Assembly: GCA_017601225.1 (NCBI GenBank)
Contig: JAFNIX010000004.1
Span: 68,507-132,506, forward strand
Reading direction: 5' to 3'
DNA length: 64,000 nt
From: Candidatus Brockarchaeota archaeon
GTDB lineage: Archaea; Thermoproteota; EX4484-205; JAAOZP01
Shown: piece by piece, positions 8,898-17,591 of the stretch
Layout: every line of letters begins with the position of its first letter
How positions within the stretch are numbered: the stretch's first letter is position 1
Program-made: the position numbers and the translations under genes
Notes under the pieces: model-generated
What the model saw: the letters and a program-made list of their open reading frames with translations, nothing else
The model's database searches: none
Told to the model about the DNA's origin: nothing

Positions 8898-9974
8898 ATG
8901 CGTCGATTCGAATCAACCAAAGAGGAAATCGTTAAAGACCTAGTGAAAATGGGTGTTGAAAGGGGAGACGTACTTCTTGTCCACAGTTCTTTAAGCAGCA
9001 TCGGATACGTTCCGGGTGGTGCAGAAACATTGATAGATGCTCTTCTTGAAAGCGTTGGGGAAGATGGCACGATAGTTGTCCCGACAATAACCGGCCAGAT
9101 TTTTGATTCTCCAGAGAACCCTCCGAGTTATTCTAAGGATAAACCTTGCTGGACCGGGGTGGTTCCTGAAACCTTGAGAAAAAGAGGGGAAGCATGTAGG
9201 AGTAGGCATCCAACTCATTCTGTTGCTGCCATAGGCAAAATGGCTAGAAGAATAATTGAGGGGCATGAGGATGCTGAGACTCCATGTGGAAGGGGTACTC
9301 CATACTTGAAGATAGCTGAGATCGGCGGTAAGATACTGTTTATCGGCGCCTCGTTGGAAAGCAACACTAGCTTCCACACCGTTGAGGAGCTGGCTAAGAT
9401 TTATTACCATTTGCAGCCTGAGCCCACGTGCTGCAGGATCGAGATAAATGGGGATGTTATTGAAAAAAGATGTTTTCTACACGCCTACGGTACTCCGAGA
9501 GCATTTGAAGAAAAAGAGAAGGAGCTTGTAGAACAGGGAGTAGCTAGAATCGGATACATCGGCAGGGCGAGAAGCATCCTTATGGGCGCTAAGAAAATGA
9601 TTGAGTTCACACTGGGTAGAATCGAGAATGACCGACTTTATTTGGTGCGTAAAGACCATGTTGATCATTGGTGTGTTTCTTCAAGCATCAGCTTAATACG
9701 GGAGAATAAGTTTGACTCTGTAAAAATAAGCCTGTACGTTCCTAAAAACGCTAGCATAAAGTTTTTCGAAAATTACATGGTTGTGAGAGGCGTGAGGATG
9801 AAAATGTCCGGCTTAAACCTTACGGAAGGAGTTTTAGAAACCCCGTTGAAAACAGTTAGGAAACTGGAGCTTCAAGGAGGTTACAATTACTGGCTGAGCT
9901 TTAAAAAAGCAGGGAATGAGATTGGAATAGAAGTGCTCGATTTTAAAGAGTCTGATTCCTTCTTCAACCTTTAA
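8898..9974 (+). CDS. AAC(3)-family N-acetyltransferase-like protein with a C-terminal extension of about 100 aa
   Basis: GDVLLVHSSLSSIGYVPGGAETLIDALLESVGEDGTIVVPT and HPTHSVAA are characteristic of the aminoglycoside 3-N-acetyltransferase fold. I did not recognise the extra C-terminal domain. Confidence 0.6.
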   Translation: MRRFESTKEEIVKDLVKMGVERGDVLLVHSSLSSIGYVPGGAETLIDALLESVGEDGTIVVPTITGQIFDSPENPPSYSKDKPCWTGVVPETLRKRGEACRSRHPTHSVAAIGKMARRIIEGHEDAETPCGRGTPYLKIAEIGGKILFIGASLESNTSFHTVEELAKIYYHLQPEPTCCRIEINGDVIEKRCFLHAYGTPRAFEEKEKELVEQGVARIGYIGRARSILMGAKKMIEFTLGRIENDRLYLVRKDHVDHWCVSSSISLIRENKFDSVKISLYVPKNASIKFFENYMVVRGVRMKMSGLNLTEGVLETPLKTVRKLELQGGYNYWLSFKKAGNEIGIEVLDFKESDSFFNL

Positions 9975-10033
9975 AGACCTGCTGGGTTCACGTAAAGCAA
10001 GGTTTAATAGTCCAATGGTTCAGAACAGATCGA

Positions 10034-11173
10034 ATGCTGATTAAAAACGCTAGGATAGTTAACCCTTGGGGGGAAACGTTTGGAGATGTTTTAATCGACC
10101 GTGGGAGGATAAGGAAGATCGGTAAACCAATCTACGGTTATATGGAGGGCGAGAGTATTGATCTGGAGGGAGACTTTTTGTTCCCCGGCTTTATAGATGT
10201 TCACATTCAGGGTGCGGGAGGAGCCGACATTCTTGACGAAGAGGAGGAAGCGATTAAAGTTATATCGGAAACATGTGCTAAGTGCGGGGTCACCAGTTTT
10301 CTTGCAACCACCGTTTATAAGCCGGGTTTGGAAAACAAGCATTTAGAGGCTGCGTTGAACGGGGTCTCGAGGGGCTTAAACGGCGCTAGGTTTCTAGGAT
10401 TCCATTTGGAGGGCCCGTTCATCTCCAAGGAGAAAAGAGGGATGATTCAAGAATCCTCGGTCTGCGAGCCTTCGGTTAAAGTCTTGTCTGAAATAATGGA
10501 TAAGTGTAAGGGCTGGCTCAAGATGATGACTCTGGCTCCGGAGCTTGATGGTGCGGAGAAGATTATAAGGCTCCTTATTAAAAACAGGGTGATAGTGTCC
10601 TTCGGCCATTCTTCAGCAGACTATGAGCAGACCCTGAAAGCCATAAGAATTGGCGTTAAACATGTCACTCATTTTTTCAACACTATGCAGCCTATTCACC
10701 ATAGGGCTCCGGGACCAGCGATAGCCGTATTCGAGTCTAAGGATGTGACTGTTCAGATAATATCCGATGGGGTTCATATTCACCCATCCATTGTCAGGTT
10801 CGCAACAAGGGTTTTGGGCGACGACCGAATCGTGCTGATAACGGATGGGGTTAGGTCAACCGGTTTACCTGATGGCAAGTATGTCTACGACGGTGTCGAA
10901 TTCATTTCTTCAAACGGTACCGCGAAATATCCGAACGGCACACTAATTGGAACATCCGCAGGCATGAACGAACTGGCTAAGCGTTTTATAAGGTTCACTG
11001 ACATGCCTTTAACCACCGTGGCCAAGGTGGCATCCTATAACCCGGCTAAACTCCTAGGCATTGAAGAATGTAAAGGAAGCATAGAGGAGGGAAAGGATGC
11101 AGACATGGTGGTGATGAAGAATGATTTCAGTGTACGAATGTCTTTCATAGGAGGAAGCCTCTTTGAAAGATAG
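10034..11173 (+). CDS. nagA: N-acetylglucosamine-6-phosphate deacetylase
   Basis: NagA hallmarks: GFIDVHIQG, HLEGPFISKEKRG, THFFNTM, ISDGVH, GKDADMVV. Confidence 0.85.
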   Translation: MLIKNARIVNPWGETFGDVLIDRGRIRKIGKPIYGYMEGESIDLEGDFLFPGFIDVHIQGAGGADILDEEEEAIKVISETCAKCGVTSFLATTVYKPGLENKHLEAALNGVSRGLNGARFLGFHLEGPFISKEKRGMIQESSVCEPSVKVLSEIMDKCKGWLKMMTLAPELDGAEKIIRLLIKNRVIVSFGHSSADYEQTLKAIRIGVKHVTHFFNTMQPIHHRAPGPAIAVFESKDVTVQIISDGVHIHPSIVRFATRVLGDDRIVLITDGVRSTGLPDGKYVYDGVEFISSNGTAKYPNGTLIGTSAGMNELAKRFIRFTDMPLTTVAKVASYNPAKLLGIEECKGSIEEGKDADMVVMKNDFSVRMSFIGGSLFER

Positions 11174-11180
11174 CGCCATC

Positions 11181-12548
11181 CTAAATCTCTAGCACCGTGG
11201 AAGGATTTAGAATATTATTTGGGTCGAAAAGCCTTTTAACCCCTTTCATAAGCTCAATTTTCTTCGGATGCGTAAAGCGGTAAAGCTCTTTCACCCGTAT
11301 TTTTCCAACACCATGTTCACCAGTAATTGTTCCTCCAAGGCTTATCGTAGTCTCATATATTTCTCTTTTAATCGCTTCGTATTTCTCAGCATCCCTCTTC
11401 ATAATGTGGGAGTGAACATTTCCGTCTGCAGCATGACCGTAAACAGGAATGTATGCGCCATGTTTCTCAGCAATAGTGTCGATAGCGTCCGCTAACCTTC
11501 CGATCGCAGATGGAGGAACCGTCGTGTCGAGAATATCCATGGAGTCACGTTTAAGAGCAGTGTAAATATTGCTTCTTATTCGCAGAATGGATTCCTGCTC
11601 GTCCCTCCTCTCCGCAACCGATGGCTCAAGCCCGTTGTTCTCAACACATATCTGGGAAAGCTTTTCAGCCTCAGAGTAGACTACGTTCTCCTCCCCAGCC
11701 AGTATTGCTATGAGAAAGACTTCCCCCTCGAAAACCCATTTCTCACCCAAGTGTTCAGCAGACAGCTCCATCAGCTCTTTCTCGACGTACTCCAAGGCGA
11801 GGGGAGTAACCCCGGAGCGCAGTATTCTTGGAACCGTATTAAGCGCGTCATGCCTCGAATTGAAGGGAAGCAACAGGGTGAGGGAGTATGGTGTCTTAGG
11901 ATTAAGCCTTAAAACAACTTTGGTTATTATCCCGAGCGTGCCCTCACTGCCTATGATCAGATGCATCAAGTTATAACCCATGTTGTCTTTCAGAAGCTTG
12001 CCTCCGAAAGTTAAGATTTCTCCGGTTGGCAGAACAACCTCCAAACCTCTAACGAAGCTTCTCATGACACCATGCTTAACCGCCCTAGCCCCGCCAGCGT
12101 TGCAGGCCACTAAGCCGCCTATCTGAGCACCCTCGTCACCGGGGTGCGGTGGGAAGGAGAAGCCTGCCTCCTCAACAGCCTTAAGAAGACCTCCTAGAGT
12201 CGCCCCAGCTTCAGCGACAGCCATCAGGTTTTCCCCGTCTATCTCAATCCGATTCATCTTCTCTAAAGAAACGATGATTCCGCTTCTAGCTGGCACAGCC
12301 CCTCCGACAAGGCCTGTCCCACCTCCCCTCGGGTATACGGGAATCTTATTTTCATTAGCCAGCCTAAGGATTCTCGAGACCTCCATGCTGTTCGCAGGCT
12401 TAACCAGCACGCAGTCTGGGACGGCAGAAGGTCTAACCGGGATGCATGTTTCGTCAAACAGGTAGCTCTCCATCTTATCTTTACCACGCACCACCGACTC
12501 CCTGCCGACGATACCCTCAAGCTGCTCCACTAAACCCTCCATCAGCAT
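11181..12548 (-). CDS. FAD-linked oxidase (GlcD / D-lactate dehydrogenase family)
   Basis: YPRGGGTGLVGGAVP FAD-binding motif and a C-terminal GEHGVGK...FDPNNILNP. 455 aa. Overlaps the etfA stop. Confidence 0.8.
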   Translation of the reverse strand: MLMEGLVEQLEGIVGRESVVRGKDKMESYLFDETCIPVRPSAVPDCVLVKPANSMEVSRILRLANENKIPVYPRGGGTGLVGGAVPARSGIIVSLEKMNRIEIDGENLMAVAEAGATLGGLLKAVEEAGFSFPPHPGDEGAQIGGLVACNAGGARAVKHGVMRSFVRGLEVVLPTGEILTFGGKLLKDNMGYNLMHLIIGSEGTLGIITKVVLRLNPKTPYSLTLLLPFNSRHDALNTVPRILRSGVTPLALEYVEKELMELSAEHLGEKWVFEGEVFLIAILAGEENVVYSEAEKLSQICVENNGLEPSVAERRDEQESILRIRSNIYTALKRDSMDILDTTVPPSAIGRLADAIDTIAEKHGAYIPVYGHAADGNVHSHIMKRDAEKYEAIKREIYETTISLGGTITGEHGVGKIRVKELYRFTHPKKIELMKGVKRLFDPNNILNPSTVLEI

Positions 12549-13546
12549 TTTATACCCCTCCTAGCTTTTATCTCTTTTATCAAAAGAGGTATGACTTGAT
12601 AAAGATCCCCGACAATACCGTAGTCCGCAACCCTGAATATGGGTGCTGAAGGGTCGCTGTTAATAGCGACAATGGTTTCAGCATCCTTCATGCCGAACAA
12701 GTGTTGCGGCGAGCCGGAGATTCCGCACGCAAAATACAGCCTTGGCTTAACGATGCTCCCGCTGTAGCCGACTTGATGCTCCTTCCTTATCCAGCCATCA
12801 TCCACAGGCGGCCTGCTTGAGCCAACCACTCCCCCAAGCAGACTGGCAAGCTCCTCCAGCAGCCTGAATCCTTCTGGCGACCCGAGACCCCTGCCGCCTG
12901 AAACTATGATTTCAGCATCAGCTATGTTAAGCTTCTTAGGAATTGCCCCCCCAACAAGCCTAATGCTCCCGTAAGGTGGAGCCTCAGCATTTTTTTCAAC
13001 GATCAGCCCGCTTCTACCCTTATCCCTATCCCTCGCCCTCATAACCTTGTACCGGACAGTAGACATCACAGGTTTAGTCCTAGTCTTAATATGCGCAAGA
13101 ATGTTGCCTACGAATGCCGGCCGAATCTGTATTAGCTCACCTTTCTCGTCCATCCTTAAATCTATGCAGTCTGCGGTTAAACCTGTTTTAAGCGCCGCTG
13201 CAACCCTTGGACCAAGAGACCTTCCGAAGCAGGTTGCACCCAGCAGGACGATGTCCGGCTTCTCCTCTTTACAAAGCTTTACAAGGTTGTGTGCATAAAC
13301 CATCGTGTTTAAACCGGAAAACACTGGATCGTTGAACAGGAAAACCTTGTCTGCGCCATACTCTATGAGTTCTGAAGCCTTAGTCTTATTTACGTTGCAT
13401 CCGAAAACCACACTGCAAACCTCACCGCCAATATGCTCCACTATCTCCCTTCCTTTTCCGAGAAGCTCTAAAGTAACAGGGTGTATCGCATCCCCCTTGA
13501 GTTCTGCGACCACAAGTATTTTTCTAAACGAGCCTCCATCCCCCAT
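12542..13546 (-). CDS. etfA: Electron transfer flavoprotein alpha subunit
   Basis: C-terminal FAD domain: SGGRGLG, RPPVDDGW, QVGYSGSIVKP, AINSDPSAPIF. There is no N-terminal ferredoxin domain. Confidence 0.85.
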   Translation of the reverse strand: MGDGGSFRKILVVAELKGDAIHPVTLELLGKGREIVEHIGGEVCSVVFGCNVNKTKASELIEYGADKVFLFNDPVFSGLNTMVYAHNLVKLCKEEKPDIVLLGATCFGRSLGPRVAAALKTGLTADCIDLRMDEKGELIQIRPAFVGNILAHIKTRTKPVMSTVRYKVMRARDRDKGRSGLIVEKNAEAPPYGSIRLVGGAIPKKLNIADAEIIVSGGRGLGSPEGFRLLEELASLLGGVVGSSRPPVDDGWIRKEHQVGYSGSIVKPRLYFACGISGSPQHLFGMKDAETIVAINSDPSAPIFRVADYGIVGDLYQVIPLLIKEIKARRGIKC

Positions 13547-13547
13547 T

Positions 13548-14342
13548 TTAAATCAACCCTTTAGACTCGAAGAGGCGTATCAATTCCGCAAGCCCCTCTT
13601 CAACCTGCCTGTAAACTCTTCCCTGCCTAGTCTTCTCCCCCTGGACAACAACCTTCTGAACGGATGTGGGAGAACCGGCGTAACCAGTCTTATCCGGCTC
13701 GAGAAACCCGCTCAAGTCCTCAGCATGCCATATTTTAACCTGGCTCTTCATCGCTTTCATCTTGCTCTTCAATGTTGGCAGCCTCGGCTTGTTAACATCC
13801 CTGGTGACACTGACCAGAACCGGGAAATCCGATTCCAAAACGTAGGAAGCATCCTCCGTCTCGGAGACAACGGTAATAGATTTTTCAGAAACGTTAACAA
13901 TCCTTGAAACATAATAGATATGGGGGATTTCGAGAAGCTCAGCAACCTCTGCGCCAACCTGCCCAGTGTCGCCGTCGACGGTCTTCTCTCCGCAGAGAAT
14001 AATATCGTATGACCCTATCTTTCTAATAGCTGCGGCGAGAGTGTGGGAAGTAGCCAAGGTATCGGCTCCGGCGAACCTCCTGTCCTCGAGAAGGATTGCG
14101 TCGTCAGCACCCCTAGCCATAGCGTCCCTGAGAGAATTTACAGCCTGCATTGGACCCATGCTTAAAGCAGTTATGAAACCTCCAAGCTTCTCCTTAATCT
14201 GTAAAGCCGCCTCTAGAGCGTTCAGGTCAAACGGGTTTATCTCTGCCGGCGCTGAACTCCTATCTATTCTCCCTGTTTCCATGTCGAACCTTACTTTTTC
14301 AATATCCGGAACCTGTTTTACGAGAACAATTATGTTCAGCAA
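13548..14342 (-). CDS. etfB: Electron transfer flavoprotein beta subunit (bifurcating-type motif)
   Basis: VKQVPD start. LCGEKTVDGDTGQVG (13953-13976 encodes DGDTGQVG) matches the CG.Q.IDGDTAQVGP signature of Acidaminococcus-type bifurcating Etf. Confidence 0.85.
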   Translation of the reverse strand: MLNIIVLVKQVPDIEKVRFDMETGRIDRSSAPAEINPFDLNALEAALQIKEKLGGFITALSMGPMQAVNSLRDAMARGADDAILLEDRRFAGADTLATSHTLAAAIRKIGSYDIILCGEKTVDGDTGQVGAEVAELLEIPHIYYVSRIVNVSEKSITVVSETEDASYVLESDFPVLVSVTRDVNKPRLPTLKSKMKAMKSQVKIWHAEDLSGFLEPDKTGYAGSPTSVQKVVVQGEKTRQGRVYRQVEEGLAELIRLFESKGLI

Positions 14343-14452
14343 CCGTTTTTACCGAACGGAGGCTTTTAAAGAGGCTTTTAAACCTTCCATTTGAATCACC
14401 TTTAAAAGCGGCAGAGAATTGACAGAAGATAAAAAACGGGGAAGACGTTTCG

Positions 14453-17440
14453 CTAAAGGTTTTTCTCGTAAATAACTATTTCCGCCTTCTCCAGTCCAAA
14501 CGGTTTTAAAACGTACTCGTCAGTCCAGTGTCTCTCATCCTCGAAAGTCTCCGGCCCTATGTAGAGAGGATCTCCCCCAGCATAGTGCAACGGCCCGAAA
14601 GCATTTCTCAGCGTCCCAATAATCCTCACTTTAAGCTCGTTAACCCCCTTTCTCACCAGTCTTGTCACGTCAAGAGTGAAAGGATGCATGAAGACCCTGC
14701 CGGCCTCCTGACCGTTTATATAGACTAAGGCGAGCGAAGCCTTTAAGCCATCCAGCCTTAGGACAACTGTCTTACTGCCAGGGTCTTCACCGTATTGAAA
14801 CTCGTTTCTCAGCTCGAAAGAGCCGACGTAAAACGGGTAGCCCTGTTTAGTCAGATCACCAGTTTCAACCCGAGTAGGTTCCTCAACGATCACTGGGTTT
14901 TTCCCGGAGGAGAGCTCAACCCCAAACTCCCCGATGAGAAAAATGTTCTCCATTTCAGGCTCGATTCCGACGATCCCTTCAAGCTCAATCTCGTTCCTAC
15001 CCTCCTTCAAATATTCGGTCACGCTCATCACCCTGAGGCAGTCGTCAACCCAGTGTCCTTCATCCCTCCAGAGAGCGTCTTTCCCGTTTATCCTAATCTT
15101 GAACAGGCGGGGTGTCTCCATGACCAGCTTAATCCTCTTCCCTAGAGGAGTGGTTTTCAACTCGAAATCGAATTTTAAAGTAAACCTTGTTCTAACACCT
15201 TCTGCAACTATCTGTTTTCTCGCCCTGCAAAGAGGCATTTTTTCACTCCACTCGCCACCCGTCCTATATCTACAATAGTCTAAAACCAGCACGTTAGGAT
15301 CGACCCGTTTAACATTCCAGTCTGAAGAAAGAGGTATTAGCGTGCATGCTCTTTCCCTAGGCTTGACGAGCATGCTCCTCGGCTTTCCCGGTGAGAAAGC
15401 AAGCAGGAGAGAGGAAACAGGCTCAAAAACATGCTCGAGATACGTCCAGCCGTTTTCAACATATCCTTCAAACTCAGATGCTGAGCCGCTTAGAGTATCC
15501 AGCAGTTTAATGCTGAAAGAGCCGGGAAGCCCGATTCTAGCGTTCACAGCCTTATCCCTGCTCGCGTTGAAAACGAATAGAAACATGTCGCCAGAATCGC
15601 CTCTCCTCAAATGGTATAGGAGATTACCCTCTTCATCGCCGTCTATTTTCAAAGTTTTACAGCGATCTGGCAAAACATCGCTCAAGGATTTCGTGCTGTA
15701 ATCCTCTTTAACTGTACACCTGTTGATGAGCTCAGCTAGCTCTACGCTCGGCTTTCCATCAATCAAGCTGGGAAGCGGTTTAACGAACACTAACTCGCCA
15801 CCTGAATCTTTAAACTTCTTTAAAAGCTTAACCGTGCTTCCAGCTAGCGTTAAGCAAGGCGGCACTACTACGATATCATAGAAAGCGTTCCCCACCCTAA
15901 GCCTAGAGCCTTCCACACTGGCGTGTTTCTCCATAAGCATCTCGTCGCCAAGATCGAAGTCAATGTGCAGCTTCAGTAGTGACATTAACAACCCTTTAAG
16001 CTGACTGTCCAGAATCTTTACAGTGGAATCGTTCAGAGGAGAGTAGCTTGCCCAAGCGCTTCCAATCGAATGGATAACAAGCACGTTTACGACCCTCCTC
16101 CCGCTGGAAAGCACGTAGCAAAGTCTTGAGAAGTGGTCCTCTATGTACTCGTTGTAATCCCACCATGGTTGACCCCAGTGGAAGTTCAACCCGTAGTCCC
16201 TTTTCCTCCTACCCCTCATCGAGTAGGGAACCAGATGGTGGCACATCAAGTTCACGCCCATTGTTATAAGCCAGTCGCCAATCCACTTCCTGTCCTCGAA
16301 AGTCGGGTAGTTACCGGTGCAACCGTAGACTTCGCAGAGAACCCTTTCCTTCCCAAGCTGGTTCGCCGCAGAGGAAACCTGTTTAGCAGTTAGCAGGCTC
16401 CTCCAGACATGCATGCCCAAGTGGTCTATTCCAGGAACATGCTGATACTCGTAATGAGGCATCGCTGCGCCTATGCGGATTGTTTGACCTAGAAGATCGT
16501 CCTCGCTCAAATAGTGGCCGGTAAACTTCAAATTGTTCTTATCACACCACTCGTATATCTGTTTTGAGAAAGACTCTAGGAAGAGAATGGTAACAGTCCT
16601 CCAGAAGTCATACCGCACTTTCATATAGTCGTCAAGATCGAAGAAAAGCTTCGGAAGATGATCTGTCAAATCATACCCGTTTAACTGCTTGAACTTCTCC
16701 GGAAGCCCATCTGTCCATGGGACTGAGAACGGGGGGATTCTCGGCCCTCTGGGGGGCATAGCTTGCCTAGGGGGCGGTCTGCTTGACGAGAAGTTAGGCT
16801 CATCCGTGAAAACCCCTGGGACAGTTCTTCCAATATCATTCTTAAAAAGGTCGACGTAAGGCTTGTAGGCAAGGTTTAAGAATTGTCTGACTGTTTCGTA
16901 ATCAAGAAGGTCAACGTAGCACGAGCTGTTGTACCAGGCCTCGCCGACTGGTGCCACGTATTTCATGAAGGTTAGATAGAGCTTCTCCGAATCCGCCTCC
17001 TCTCCAGTAACCCTCTTAAATCCCCTTGGAATACCGTTTTCATCTGTAACGCATTCGAAGCTTGCTATGACGTCTTCACCCTTGTAGTTTCTCGTATCAA
17101 CCATCATGACAAGTGCTTTAGCCCTATTTTTTGAGCTTGAAAAAGGGACAAGACCTCCTGCGAAGCCTGAGGGCCACCAGAGCTCATCGTAAATCCAGAT
17201 GAACATGTCGTTTTTCCCAGCTTCTTCAACTGCAGCTCTGAAAGCGTCGAACCACTCCTTGCTGAGGAAAGGGGTTACGAGGCCTTCTCTAGCGTGGAAA
17301 AATGCGCCGCCGTATCCAGCCCTGTTCAGGCATTGAACCTCCTTCCTAACCTTATCCTCAGTTAACAGATCGTTTATCGACCAGAACGGAGCGCCTTTAA
17401 AGATTGAAACAGGTTTTCTAAATTTATTTTCTTCTATCAT
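14453..17440 (-). CDS. Large uncharacterised glycoside-hydrolase-like protein
   Basis: 995 aa with no signal peptide. The N-terminal FWSINDLLTEDKVRKEVQCLNRAGYGGAFFHAREGL resembles a family usually annotated only as glycosyl hydrolase. The C-terminus looks like beta-sandwich, galactose-binding-type domains. The family assignment is uncertain. Confidence 0.45.
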   Translation of the reverse strand: MIEENKFRKPVSIFKGAPFWSINDLLTEDKVRKEVQCLNRAGYGGAFFHAREGLVTPFLSKEWFDAFRAAVEEAGKNDMFIWIYDELWWPSGFAGGLVPFSSSKNRAKALVMMVDTRNYKGEDVIASFECVTDENGIPRGFKRVTGEEADSEKLYLTFMKYVAPVGEAWYNSSCYVDLLDYETVRQFLNLAYKPYVDLFKNDIGRTVPGVFTDEPNFSSSRPPPRQAMPPRGPRIPPFSVPWTDGLPEKFKQLNGYDLTDHLPKLFFDLDDYMKVRYDFWRTVTILFLESFSKQIYEWCDKNNLKFTGHYLSEDDLLGQTIRIGAAMPHYEYQHVPGIDHLGMHVWRSLLTAKQVSSAANQLGKERVLCEVYGCTGNYPTFEDRKWIGDWLITMGVNLMCHHLVPYSMRGRRKRDYGLNFHWGQPWWDYNEYIEDHFSRLCYVLSSGRRVVNVLVIHSIGSAWASYSPLNDSTVKILDSQLKGLLMSLLKLHIDFDLGDEMLMEKHASVEGSRLRVGNAFYDIVVVPPCLTLAGSTVKLLKKFKDSGGELVFVKPLPSLIDGKPSVELAELINRCTVKEDYSTKSLSDVLPDRCKTLKIDGDEEGNLLYHLRRGDSGDMFLFVFNASRDKAVNARIGLPGSFSIKLLDTLSGSASEFEGYVENGWTYLEHVFEPVSSLLLAFSPGKPRSMLVKPRERACTLIPLSSDWNVKRVDPNVLVLDYCRYRTGGEWSEKMPLCRARKQIVAEGVRTRFTLKFDFELKTTPLGKRIKLVMETPRLFKIRINGKDALWRDEGHWVDDCLRVMSVTEYLKEGRNEIELEGIVGIEPEMENIFLIGEFGVELSSGKNPVIVEEPTRVETGDLTKQGYPFYVGSFELRNEFQYGEDPGSKTVVLRLDGLKASLALVYINGQEAGRVFMHPFTLDVTRLVRKGVNELKVRIIGTLRNAFGPLHYAGGDPLYIGPETFEDERHWTDEYVLKPFGLEKAEIVIYEKNL

Positions 17441-17591
17441 TTTAGCTGGATGAGTTGTTGAAGGAGTTATTTAACTTTTTCAAGACATAGAAGCAGATGC
17501 AGCAAGAAGGGGTTTAGAGAGTAGATGAACCTATCGTCTTTTAAGATGGAAACGTTTATATCTTGGGAAATAGTTTTTAGGGCGAAAAGGT

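Noticed and set aside
13305-13907. 200-aa + strand ORF spanning the etfA/etfB junction
   Set aside because: It is antisense to two motif-rich Etf genes and has a Ser/Pro/Leu-rich shadow composition.
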